A stretch of 58,419 nucleotides of DNA, the filler included, from Dimargaris cristalligena (Eukaryota), in NCBI GenBank assembly GCA_003614675.1. It is 5 parts of 5 records of this genome, joined end to end, with 100 filler letters (N's around TTAATTAATTAA, not from the genome) between each part and the next. Parts side by side here need not be neighbours in the genome. Positions count along the whole stretch, not along the records: positions 1 to 11,620 come from ML003099.1; 4 more parts are not named here. One strand, given 5' to 3'. The notes under the pieces are model-generated. The model was not told the origin of the DNA, ran no database searches, and saw only the letters and a list, made by a program, of their open reading frames with translations. Both the position numbers and the translations under genes were made by a program. Shown piece by piece: positions 1 through 11,720 of this stretch. Each line of letters begins with the position of its first letter. Position 1 is the first letter of the stretch.

Positions 1-241
1 CACCTCTAGGGTAAGTTGAACAAGAATATTCAGATCCATACATCTATTCGCCACTGCCTACTCCTCTTTATTCCATGTACAGACCCCCTCTCCCCAACCC
101 TTCACCTCTCCCTCTCTCTCTCTAGGTGGTCCGCTATAGCCGCTTAAATCGGTAATGCAAGAGAGCCCCACTAGCAGTCTCCAGTATTCCCCCCCCCTCG
201 CCTTTCGAGCCACCGGCTCCCTTCAATCCCAGCCAATTTCC

Positions 242-248
242 TATAAAT
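242..248 (+). promoter_or_regulatory. TATA box (TATAAAT) of the acidic repeat protein gene; probable 5'UTR intron 400..630
   Basis: TATAAAT followed by a pyrimidine-rich leader. GTAAGT donor at 400 and CATTAG acceptor ending at 630, 6 nt before the ATG at 637. Confidence 0.55.
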
Positions 249-636
249 AGACCCACATTCGCCCCTTTCTCTACAGATCATATCCCTTCTCTGAATTACA
301 ACTCTATTGTCTTGTTTTCTCACCCTTTACCCATTATACTATTCGTATTTCCTACGCTTAACTACCGTCCTGCACTTCTTTTCACTGTAAATCACCTTGG
401 TAAGTAATCTATAATCGCCTTTATATTCATAAATACAACTATTTTAGTCGTTGGGTACGATGCCCACTATATCCAGGCGCCCACTGTCTCTCTCGCTCTC
501 TCTCTCCGCTGGGTTACAAATGTCCCCTAGTAGGTGTAATGGCATTAATAATCGTTCTCATCACTAAATCACCTTGGCTCTACACCATTTGGTCCGACAA
601 CTATTCGGTGAATGCATTTAATTCCATTAGCCTGCC

Positions 637-1500
637 ATGTCGCTCGCTAATACTTTCACTGGGATGGATTCCGGCTCCGGATTTCGTCAGGCTGGCTCCT
701 ACCATAATTACGAGTCACCCGAATCCAAGCTGGGTGCCACCGCCCAATTCCCTATAGTTTCCGAGTCTAATTGGGGTTCCATCCATCCCGACTCTACCAT
801 CAATGAAGATGGTTCGAAAAAATTTACCAAGTACAGCGACATTGATGAAGACCTCAATGATGATTTTGACCCCACCATGGACCAGGGGGAGGGATCGGAC
901 CACCAAAACTGGCTGAAATACCAAGAGCGTATGAACTCCGGTGACGGCATTTCTTGGGGCAATAAAGGCCGCGCAGCCGGCCAGCAGTTAGGTGATAACC
1001 CCCGGTCGCAATACCAGCTCAATTCGAATTTCGATGATGAGTCTAGCTGGGATGAGAGAGACAATGAGTACGACAGTGATGCCAACTTTGACCCCACTCT
1101 GGAAGGTGACGATAAGCTAGACAGCCCAGATTGGCAGGCATACCTACGTCGTAAGAACACCGAGGCCGGTCGCTCTTGGGACAATGAAGACCTCGAAAAA
1201 AACGAGGGGTTAGATGACAAACCCTGGTCGAGATCCCAATTCGACGCGGATGACTATGAGGACGACTATGACCCCGCTCTGGAAGGCAGCGATGAGCTGG
1301 TAGATTTCGGTTTCACCGATTACGCCAGTCAAGATTACAATGATTCTTGGGATGACGAAGATTACGACTCCGCCCTGACCAACGAACAGGATGGGCAATT
1401 CCTCGATGATCCCAAATATCAGACCATGATCAAGAATGTACGAGACAATTGGGTCCCTCCTACTCCCCGCTCAAGCGACTCCTCCACTGAGCAATATTAG
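637..1500 (+). CDS. Hypothetical Asp/Glu-rich, Cys-free protein (287 aa) with internal FDPT(L/M)...W..Y..R.N...G.SW repeats
   Basis: Long ORF with good start context (gccATG), upstream TATA and UTR intron, AT-rich 3' flank, and protein-level internal repeats. No family recognised. Confidence 0.8.
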   Translation: MSLANTFTGMDSGSGFRQAGSYHNYESPESKLGATAQFPIVSESNWGSIHPDSTINEDGSKKFTKYSDIDEDLNDDFDPTMDQGEGSDHQNWLKYQERMNSGDGISWGNKGRAAGQQLGDNPRSQYQLNSNFDDESSWDERDNEYDSDANFDPTLEGDDKLDSPDWQAYLRRKNTEAGRSWDNEDLEKNEGLDDKPWSRSQFDADDYEDDYDPALEGSDELVDFGFTDYASQDYNDSWDDEDYDSALTNEQDGQFLDDPKYQTMIKNVRDNWVPPTPRSSDSSTEQY

Positions 1501-2599
1501 TGTAACTTGTAGTGTTCAAAAATACTGTATGGGTTAACCTGTTCGTCTTTTTTAACAGGGTAGCCGATTACTTACCCATCCGGTAATATATTTCGACCCT
1601 AAACCCCCCGTACTTTACGGAAGATTCCCCGTATGTATATAGTTACTATCATAACATGTCGTTAAAATATCTATGTTTCTATCTATCTATCTATATGTTG
1701 CCTATCTTGAATGAAGTTGTTTTATGCTCCACCTTGAGTATCGCAAGGCTGTTGATTTCCCTTGTCCTCTAACCCCACAATACTTCGTTTATTCTGGACT
1801 TGATTGTAAATTCTATAATAAATCACCGCCTTGTAGTTTATCTTGTAATGTTTAATTTGGGCTTTAATTAATTGGGTGAAATGGGATAGAATGCTTGAGC
1901 ATCAATCCAGCATAGCAGCACGGGCATTGTGAGCCAGTGGCACCCATGCATCGGCATGTACCTATTCAGGCCAAAGGGAGGTTATATGTATGATTAAAGG
2001 GAACACTTCCTAAAGGTGCCCATGGAGAAAGCCTAAATGAATGGATAGCCAGGCGGATACTACTTCAAAGGACGCGTTTTCATCGTCGGATTGAGAGCTA
2101 AAGAATTAACATCCACTCAGTTACGAACAATCGTTCCCCAGCCACTGTTTCTCAAAAAAATAAATAATAGGAAGCGCCAAAACGGCCGTAGTTACACCAC
2201 GGAATATTCGATAGTCTACTCCATGGAAAAGGATAATGGGGAATCCAGTGGGCTGTGTCACACTCCCAGATACAGGAAACCGCTGTCTACTCCGCCACTT
2301 ATATTTTCAACAAAAGGGTCTACCCCACCACCACCACTATCATTAGTACAGCTACCCACATGGCCCAACTGGGGTATACGATATGGCTCGGTATAGGCAC
2401 GGTGCTCTTAATCAATCAATGTTGTGTACGAATGCTTTTATAATTTTTGGGCATGTCGTAGATAATGCAAACTGCCCCATTCGTATACAAATACAAGAAA
2501 GGAAAAACAGCCAAAATAGCATAGAGTTAATAATACAGCTACGACAATAGAGTTATACACTGGGTGTTCTACAAGGGCTAGTTCAAACTGCCCCTGTCC

Positions 2600-5032
2600 T
2601 TAGCCTATGAAGGAATCGGACTTGATGGATAAGATACTTTTACGTTGGTCTTTTAGATCATGGGACGCTTCGTCCCCGGATCGGAGACTCAAGTCCAGGG
2701 TGGACCGTAACCGCTGATGGCCGATGCGGGGTTGTCTAAAGGCTGACTTGAGCTTGCGCGCCGGCGGTGGTAGTGATGGTAACGACAGGTTGCGGACCAT
2801 GCCGCTGCCAAAGAGGGATGGTTTACCCCAAGCACCCGTAAGTGACCGATGTGGGAGGAAGTCTCGGGTATGACCGCGCCCTTGAATGTCTTCAAAACAT
2901 ATTATGGATGCGGTAACGCTGGGGGGTCGACTGGCAGTCAGGGCGGTGGCGGATTCACTAGTACTCTGGTATCCATTGAGGGAAATATCAAGAAGGACCA
3001 CTAAGGCTAAACAGAGCACGCCAAGCTTAACCAGCACTACACGGCCCACATACAGGGAAATGGATTCATGGGTTTGACCCGCGAAGGCCAGTGCCAGGGC
3101 AATAACTAGAAGCACCAGTCCGAAGTTGAGTAAGCCACAGAAGAATGTAAAGCGCCGCAGGGCGTACTGGCCGGACGGGCTTGGGGTCAATCGCTCCGTG
3201 TGAAAGATAATGCGAACTGTTAAGTAGAGGGATCCCAATAGCTGTAGACCCAACAGGGGCAGTCCGGCAGTGAGTAGGGTAAACAAGCCCGCCCGGCGGA
3301 CCTCCCATCTGGGCCGGGGGGTATTATCGTTCATCATCAGGGACACGATTATTAAAAAGATGCCCAAGAGCATTGAAGCAAGAGTCAGCCACGCGTTCCA
3401 ATGGAACAATTTAAGGGATGGTACTCGGCGTGGCTGCAATAGCCGCAGGGTTTTGGCCCACCGGGCTAATACCCGGGTTACTGCCGTCAGGGTGACCATG
3501 AGAAAGGCGAGGTGGACACCCAAGGATGCAGGCGGAAGATACCCTTGTAGAGGCAACACGCAGCCCACCACTAGCTGAGCCAACAGGGCGCCGAATAAGG
3601 TAACGATCATGTTAGGCTGACCCCGAGCAGCACGGCCATGGACCACCAAACGGTATAGAACTCCGAGGGCGGCCACGATTTGTAAAGCGAAAAACCACCA
3701 AGTTTGTTGTTCGAAACCCCCCGAGTGCAGTAGCTCGTTCCAGGGCCCGGCATCCGGGGTCACTTGGATAGATAATCCGAGGGCATCGGGATCCGATTTT
3801 GGCGACCAGTCGAGCAAAGGCCGGAGGGCAGTGTCCGCCTCTGCAAATGTGAGAAGCAATGTGATATTACTTGGCTGAACCCTCCGGTAGAAACCGTACC
3901 GACCTGTCTCGGGCGAACCAAACTCGTGGGTTTGGGGGGAGGATGCTCCGATTAACGCAAGCTTTAGCTCATAGGGGCCCTTGGTTCGCAGCTCAACGGC
4001 CTGGGCAGAGAGTTGGGCCACAATCTATTTATGATCATCATCCAGAAAAAATGTGATGGATAGGGGGCAATGAAACACGGGTGATTAGAAAAATTGGATA
4101 AAGCCGAATGATGGAGATGGCCTGGTGGTTGTGATTGGCGACCAACAAAAGGGGCATTGGGTAAAATGACACTGGGCCCACCACATGGGCAATCAAAGAT
4201 TCGTCCCAGAAAAGGATGAGGGCATAGGGACCAGGGGGGAGGGGCTTGTATAAAAAAGGGGAAAAGGAAGATGGCGAGGGAAGTATGGTGGCAATACCTA
4301 GGTGGTACAAGTGTCCTTCAATATTGGTCACCTAGACAATGGCCACTCGTTTCTTTCCATGCCGCTCCCCCAACTAGGGCCTGCCCCATTATCCGCTCCT
4401 TGAACCTGATTGACCCTTCGGCATAGACAGGTGAAAGACTGTGGTTGGGGATAGGGCACCTTCGTTGGAGGCGAGTCGTGTGGTAGGGGATAGGCGGTCG
4501 GACCGTATCGAGCAACTTTCACTGCCTTTGGCGGGTAGAACTATATCAACAAAAATATTAAAAGTATCGAGTGAATGGCACTTACCTGGGCGAATTCAAC
4601 ACAACCACCCTTACGGGCCGTTAGCCAATCCACGTACAGTCCAACTGAAATAGGATCGGGTCCAATTTCTGCTGTGGGAAGTGAGGGAATCTCCGGTAGA
4701 GAAAGGCGGCAGGCTGCACCTTGAACCTGCAGCCGCCACAGGGTCACATTCAGGGTTGCAGGGACGGACGATGTCGACTCGTCGCCAAAAAAGCGATAGG
4801 CAGGAAACTCGCGGGTCCGATTTTGGTCTTCAAACGCCAGGCGTGCCTCGGCACTGTGAAATAACAGCCCCCAAACAATAACCCAGACGAGTAAAAAGCG
4901 GGCTAACCATGGTGATGGGAACAAAGGCAGTCGGTGCCGCCGCTGTGGTGTAGGGGGGTCGGATGACTGATGGGAAATTCCCTGTATTGTCAGCAGTGAT
5001 AAAGGCGTGGGTGACCGGCGCTGGTCCCGCAT
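2600..5032 (-). CDS. Putative 7-transmembrane receptor-like protein with N-terminal extracellular domain (~623 aa); exons 5032..4586 and 4024..2600
   Basis: ATG at 5032. Hydrophobic signal-like segment (LLVWVIVWGLLFHSAEA). CAG|GTAAGT donor at 4585 and AAATAG acceptor at 4025 join in phase 0 (...GGCVEFAQ|IVAQLSAQ...). Seven hydrophobic segments in the 473-aa ORF, then a Ser/Arg-rich tail. Confidence 0.75.
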
Positions 5033-5973
5033 TGACGCAAAATTAAAGACTAGAGAGTTCAGCGAACTAATAGAACCGAGAAAAGACGAGGCAAAAAGGC
5101 AACGAAATAAAGCTGTCAAGGCGGGTGAAAGGTAAAGAAAAAAATAAAGCGGAGCAAAGGAGAGTATATGGTTTGAAAGGCAGGTAATATGAGGCCAGGG
5201 GTCCAAAAAGGGATAGCCACTGGCTATATGCTTGAGTGATGAGCGCAACAATGAATTGGCAGTACAGGCGGTAGTTGAATAGGGTAGTATAAAGAACAAA
5301 AGCGCAGATAAATAAGAGACCTTGGACTACACCATCCACAGAGGACGGAACCTTTGGAAGACACGAAAGGATTGCAAGGATTCAATTCACATTCACGCTT
5401 AAAGTTAAAAGAAGGGGTTGGTCTCGGATACAGGGGTTTAAAAATAGGTGGTGGAAATGGACTAGACAATAAGAGACCGACTCGCCGGGGGTATAGTCAT
5501 GACAATGACGATGCCTTTTGTAAGGTAAATATTGATGGGGCTTGGACTATGAGTAAAAATAGTAACAGTGAATGGTAACGGGGTATAGGGGATTAAAGAC
5601 GTAGTAGATGCTTGAATTAGGAAGGTTGGCAACCAACTTCAATGATGGTAAGGAGAATGGCGTTTGTTCAAAAAGATGTATGGGAAGTCATTAGTTTGAA
5701 GCACAGTACAATCCCCGGGGCTGATAGATTAAAGGGGTCGGGGGGCCTTTAGCAAACGGGGGCAAGGCAGTACCATACAACAGTCAAATGATAAAGTAAA
5801 GGCTGAGGTAAAATTAGACGGATACAATAAAGAAGGTAGTTAGGCGGATAAAGTAAACTAGGTAAATAGACGGATAAGGAATCTATAGTAACCGAGACGG
5901 GGCAATGCCTATATAAAAGTACTAAAAAGGGAATAGAGAATGGCCCGCGGCTGAACGATTGACGGAGAGACAA

Positions 5974-6046
5974 AAAGAAAGAAAGAGAGGGAGGAAGGAA
6001 GAGGAAACGAGAGAACGAGAGAACGAGAGAGAGAGAGAGAGAGAGA
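5974..6046. repeat. GA-rich tract ending in a (GA)n microsatellite
   Basis: Purine tract with a perfect GAGAGA run at about 6025..6046. Confidence 0.85.
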
Positions 6047-8879
6047 AAGTATGAAAACGTACCGAGGCTTGTCCAAACGGGAGACAGGTGGCACAAGTAT
6101 TCGTTATATAGGATACCGTGTGACCCTACTAGCATATAGCGCGGCTAACAAAAGGGACACGATGAAGGAGTTCTTCTACCGAGGCCCCGCCCTTTTACAT
6201 GACTCGGTCTTGGTCGACGCATAGCATGAATATATGCGCATTTAACCATGGGAATGACGAAGCCTACTCTACACAGTTCGAAGCAACAAGTGAACCCCCT
6301 CGCAGCCACGAGTCCGTCCTTATCCTTAACTTTTGGACTATCATTTGCCCCCTGCCTGCCTCGTCGAATCCGTTCCTAAGCCGCGCACTAGCTAGTTACT
6401 CGAAGGCCAAAAACATTTGTACCCGAGGTAAACTACCCGCCTGTGCTCATTCGATTGGAATGGACTACTAAAAATAAAATACGTCTTTTTATGTGAGGGT
6501 AGAGGGTGGAATTAGGCAATGGGATGCCCAACGCATCCCTGAAAATCCGGCATCATGCGACTTGGATGGGGGATTAATATACAGAAGATTAGCAAAGTCA
6601 ATTGTGGTTTCCTCTTTACGGTTAGTTGACAGTAGGCCTGCCCATCGACCATCTTCGATCCCAAAGGATCCTTGCCCTGCTTGATTTCGGCAGGGCGAAA
6701 ATGCCAGACTAGGTAAGTGAGTTGATATGGCCAACGTAATGGGCATGGATTTGGAAGAATTCCGGTGGGAGAGGAGTCTTAAAATAGGCCTGTTTATTTA
6801 CCAGTAGAAGGACAGGGGGTGATCATGGATGTGAGCGAGACCAGCCAACTACAGTAACCACCGCATTAACCACCCAACACCAATCAAATTATATTAAACC
6901 TTTGGGCCCTTTTACTATTCGTCGTAAACCGAGTAAAGTGACGCGGCTACAGCCCAATCCATACGGACCTGTGGGATTTTCTCCGTTACAGGGATATTCT
7001 CCATTTAGGCGGTTGGTCCACGAACCCGCGGATTCACCTGGTCAGTTGACATTAGCCACCTGCACTATGCCTATTATCGACTCCACACCCCCACGTAGGG
7101 CAAATGCAAAGCTGATGGCCGTTTACAATGCAGTTACCCCACGGAAATTGTTTCTTAATTTTGTCAGTAAGGTCCTGCTAAATAGTTGGCAGGGGAAATA
7201 TGGGCGAGTCGAACTGGTTCGTTACAATCCCGTTTCGGATAATTTAGATGCCGCCCACTGGGCGAGAAGCACTACTGTTGCTTTATTTAAACCACCGGAA
7301 ATTAGCCAACCGCAACCGAAAAATAAATGACAGACTCCCCTAGTCACCTCAATAGCCGTTATGACAAAGCGCCGAGTCAAGTCCATTTTGAGACTTTCAC
7401 TTATTGCACCCATTGTGGTTATGGATCGGCTCGGATTATATCTACTTGGCTTGAGTGATTGTCGTTTACTTCTGGAATCCATGACCAGTTTGTCGCGCTC
7501 TAATTTATAATACAGGTCGTAGTGCATTACTACAGAATAGACCGCGCAAACATGCCATAATAAAAGAAACCGGCCCAAAGAAATGTAGGGCGAGCGGACT
7601 ACTACATCCGGCTCCAAGTAATAGTAGGCAGGAGAAATATTTTAGTTCGCACAAATAATACGGCGAGACTGAAGGAACTGTCTATTTTACAGTTAGCCAT
7701 TACCAACGAGGAAATCTATATCTGGACACTACTCAACTGAACACGCCCCCATCCTACCAAACATGGAAACTGTTTGATAAGTCCATCATGGGCGAATGCC
7801 GGATAAACTCAAAAAAACTCCCACATGGCTATCTAAAGAGCAGGCCCTCGCTTCCAGTTTCAACTTGTCCGGTTTCCCGGGTCTATAATCCCGAGAAAGG
7901 TCTGTTCCTTTTGAAAGACGAGAGAGGCTTGGCAATGGAGTACCCCACCCCCCTCTTATCACTATAGAAATCCAATCACCCTCCTTATAGTACCCATTCG
8001 ATATTCCCGGATATCTTGAATATCTCTGTGAGCCCGCCAACTATAATCCAGCGAGCCGATGCTTAGCTCTTTCCAGACGATATTCATAACTAATGGCAAT
8101 TCCTACTCAAGTCCTTGACATCTTCTTATTTACAGCTGTCACCTTCTGAAACACCCACAACCCACCTCTTCAACATGCCCAATATTGTCGGAACACCGGC
8201 TAGGACCCCCCTCAGTTTTACCTACACCTATAGCACCACTCTAGTTTTCCAACCGACAGCGGCATAATACTCCAAGGTCTCGAACCCAGCGATAAAATAC
8301 GTAACCATGATGCCGCGAATTCGGGGGATATAACAGGGTATATTTGACAATACTCCCCCTAAAGCAACCTACTGGTGGCATTATAAAAAGGGTGATGTAC
8401 GTTTCAGATTATTCCGTTTAACCAGGAAAGCTAAACGTACAATACGCTACCTCGTATATAAATCGAAGGGAAAGCAATGCAACATCAGGGCAGGCTATTT
8501 TAGGACTCACTCAGTCCAGATTAAAAAATGACCAAATTCCCTATAGGTGGAGTAGTCCAGTGTATAGGAAAAGAGAGGTAACCATAATGATGTGTGGGTA
8601 TTAAAATACCAAAATTTAGGTATATTGAGTAGTGTTTTTAAAATCTAATATGAGGTAATTCCGACTAATCCGCCTAATATGGGCACAACAATGGGACAAA
8701 TTTATTAAGCAACCAAATGTAAAATGTACATACCGACAAAGATTTCAGCTACCTCCTATACAAAAAAATAAACAAAAAAGGCATCATCACACAAATCTAC
8801 TCTACTAATCATGCACCACTTTAGCGTCGAGCATCTCATTCCATCGGCCAAGTTCCACACGCTAGGCCGGAATAGTTTC

Positions 8880-9821
8880 CTAGGAGGAGGAGGAAGGGGC
8901 CGTCTTCTTTTCATTCACGTTGGCCGACTTCTCAGCATCTCCCCCTTTGGGCCGTGGTGCGATGTACAGACTCGTGGATTCGAGGAAGGTGAATTTACCG
9001 TCCAGGCTCGACATGCGGGCCTTGAGGAACACCTTGCGACCGTCGACCCGATCAATGGAAATCACCAGGACCACCATAATGTCAGCAGGCACCGGACTGC
9101 GGTAGTCTACGTTCAGATTGGCGGTAAACCCGCTGTGGCCGGGCAAAAAGGCAAAAGCCAGGCGGGCAAAGGCCTCGTCCACGATGGTGGCGAGTAACCC
9201 GCCGTGGATGATACCGTCATGGCCGCATAGGGACCGGCCCAGGTACTGAATTTGGGTCATCACATCGTCGGTCTGGTTATTGAAGATGACTTCGTTGATG
9301 GCGAGGCGGCGGGGGACGAGGGAGGCGGAATAGGGTTTGGTCGTCTCGGCCGAACCCGGTTCTTCCGTCAAGGGAGTGGAGGCGGCCACGGTGAAGGGAT
9401 CGTACGCCTTGGTGTGCCGGAAAGTAATGGGTTCCACGGGCAGTTCCGTTTGGCCCGAAAGAGTAGTCATGGTCAAGTGGTGCTCCAGGGCGTGCCCATC
9501 CACGGGCCAATAGGGATCAAACTCATGGAAATCCTGGGGATGATGACGTAAACTGCGAACTAGGGGCAAGCCATTAATGCGGTCCTGAAGGGCCTGGCGA
9601 ACAGGGGACCACTGGGGCCGTGCCGAAGACGCCTCCGACTCGGGAAAGGGGGGCCGAGGAGCCGCCTCACCAACAACCACGGAAGTGGGTGGGGAAAGGA
9701 GGTCAGCTGCAAACGGCGGGGGCCGCGCGGGTAACTTTTGGCGAAGGGTGTTCTTGGCCCTTTCCGTATCGGACATGGCTGGAGAGGTAGTAGCGGTGGT
9801 GGTGGGAGGGGACATGGTCAT
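8880..9821 (-). CDS. PaaI/4HBT hotdog-fold acyl-CoA thioesterase (THEM4/FMP10-like), 313 aa; 5' end may extend to an upstream exon
   Basis: Motifs LGRSLCGHDGIIHGGLLATIVDE and FTANLNVDYRSP, then DGRKVFLKARM. A possible CCCTACAG acceptor lies about 32 nt upstream of the ATG. Confidence 0.88.
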   Translation of the reverse strand: MTMSPPTTTATTSPAMSDTERAKNTLRQKLPARPPPFAADLLSPPTSVVVGEAAPRPPFPESEASSARPQWSPVRQALQDRINGLPLVRSLRHHPQDFHEFDPYWPVDGHALEHHLTMTTLSGQTELPVEPITFRHTKAYDPFTVAASTPLTEEPGSAETTKPYSASLVPRRLAINEVIFNNQTDDVMTQIQYLGRSLCGHDGIIHGGLLATIVDEAFARLAFAFLPGHSGFTANLNVDYRSPVPADIMVVLVISIDRVDGRKVFLKARMSSLDGKFTFLESTSLYIAPRPKGGDAEKSANVNEKKTAPSSSS

Positions 9822-11620
9822 GACTTTGAAACAGGAATAGCGCGACGGGACGCCTGTAGGGGTGATACACGGACAGGCGCACGAATCAAGGGGAAGGTGG
9901 TATCAAGCCGAAGCGAGGAGGGTCGTCTTCTGACCCAGAATGAGAGAATCGATCGTCGGTCAGCACGTAAGAAAGGTAAGAGTTGGAGTATACTTAGGGC
10001 CGACTGGTCATAAATTGCTATACGCGAAGGAAATCAGCTTGGCAGTAGTGTAGTAGCGGATATAGTCACAGGAAAAGGGAGGCGCCCAACGGACAAGAAT
10101 TGATGCAGGTAGCACTGTTGATACTGGATGTGGTCTAAGCAAGGGCCCTATCCGATTAGCACAGTATATAGAATGAGATGAATTATGTTTAATCGCCAAT
10201 GAATAGGGAAAAAAGGAACGAGCAAGAGTAGGAAGGAATAAGAAAAAGGGAGAACTAGACAGATGAAACAGAGATGATAATGCAAGTGGCACTAATTATA
10301 AAAAATGAGGTGAAAAGATTGGCCGGTGACGGAGGGCGGAACAGTTCAATATATATATATATATGTAAGAAAGTATACCTCGTAGTGGACCTCAGGAGGG
10401 CATATATATATATAAGTACGTGAGGAACGGAAGAAACAGATTACTCTATTTACACTGTGATTTACCGCGGTGATTGGTCAATTAAATGTTCTTGTAATTC
10501 ATGAAGGTAAGGCCGCGGAGGTTGATAAAGGAATGAGGTTAGGAGTTCGAGAAACCCGTGGCATCCTTCCATGGTAGAAAAGGCGTAGTGAAGTCCCTCA
10601 CCAGTAGAAAGAGACGCTGTGGCGCTTGGACTTCTGGGGAACGATTAGGGTTGAGCGTGGCTATCCTCCTATCTATCCATCACCTATAGTATACTACACT
10701 ATATTATACTATATTATATTATATACATCACCAAGTCTCCTCCTCCTCTCTAATTCATGCTTTACCCAGCCAACGGTGTGGATGGGGGATAATAAACCGC
10801 CGATACCGGAGGGTTAATCCCATCTTCAAACGCCAGCGCAGTGTGGTATATGTGTGTGTAGGTGTGTAACCCCCACTGAACCCTTCGGGGCCGAGGGGCT
10901 GTTTCATTCGATTTCCCCATTAGTACGTTCTCCCCTTCCAAAGCCCACGTGAGTGGTCCAATTATTTTTCCCGAATTGGGCTGGGCTGAGAGATACGCTT
11001 GGCGATTCGTCTACATAGTAGAGTAATTTACTATCTTCCAGATACGAAATATAATAAATAATACAGCCCCACTATCAGTTTATTGCACTTACTACTATCA
11101 CCTTACTATATATAATACACTATGGCCGCGTGCAATTGTCCCGGAAAGTTGGTTAACCAACTATTTTTTATACCTTCTCTCTAGCCGCACTACCACGCAT
11201 TACGCATAATAGGTGCTACGGACTAAAAACGTCGTCTGATATCACCATCTGATTACCACCACCACTATTAGCAGGGTGGTTTAGCAGTAAATATGGCGTG
11301 ACTGGCAATTTTTTCAAATATAACAAATCCAGCCTTTAGCTTGGATGGCATGTAGATTATGCCGGCCCTGGTAGCCCACACCCCCTCCCCTTTTCCAACC
11401 AACAGTTTGGCGTCTATTATCAGCCTCGGACCTATTCAATTGGTTCCGGGATATTAGAGTCTTGGATCCGGGCAAAACATAGCCCAGACCGCCGCATCTG
11501 CTTACCAATTAATCTATGAAGTCAACAGATGGGCTGTGAAGTCTTCACTGGCTAGGACAATGGCCTGATTTCTCTAATCGGCTTATCTAGACCATGGCTA
11601 AGGTCTAGTCTAGCAGTGCC

Positions 11621-11720
11621 NNNNNNNNNNNNNNNNNNNNNNNNNNNNNNNNNNNNNNNNNNNNTTAATTAATTAANNNNNNNNNNNNNNNNNNNNNNNN
11701 NNNNNNNNNNNNNNNNNNNN
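11621..11720. other. Artificial contig spacer (N44-TTAATTAATTAA-N44)
   Basis: Fixed 100-bp spacer whose core gives stops in all six frames; identical to the three other spacers. Confidence 0.98.

Noticed and set aside
4038..4540. Short ORFs (4038..4331, 4318..4515, 4328..4522) as extra exons of the 7TM gene
   Set aside because: They end in stops or lack strong donors, and the direct 4586-to-4024 splice already gives a clean in-frame product.
6578..6600. ATACAGAAGATTAGCA resembling the U6 snRNA core
   Set aside because: It lacks the invariant ACAGAGA box and the downstream ATGGCCCCTG...AAGGATGAC stem-loop; chance match.
6900..8050. Overlapping 84-142 aa ORFs as genes or transposon remnants
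   Set aside because: No domain motif, codon bias, splice structure or terminal repeats recognised.
10871..10899. CCC-TTCG-GGG tetraloop hairpin inside a weak outer stem
   Set aside because: The stem is too short to distinguish from chance and has no recognisable ncRNA context.
11665..11676. TTAATTAATTAA palindrome recurring every ~11.7 kb
   Set aside because: It sits in the middle of N runs as a synthetic six-frame-stop linker and is not biological.
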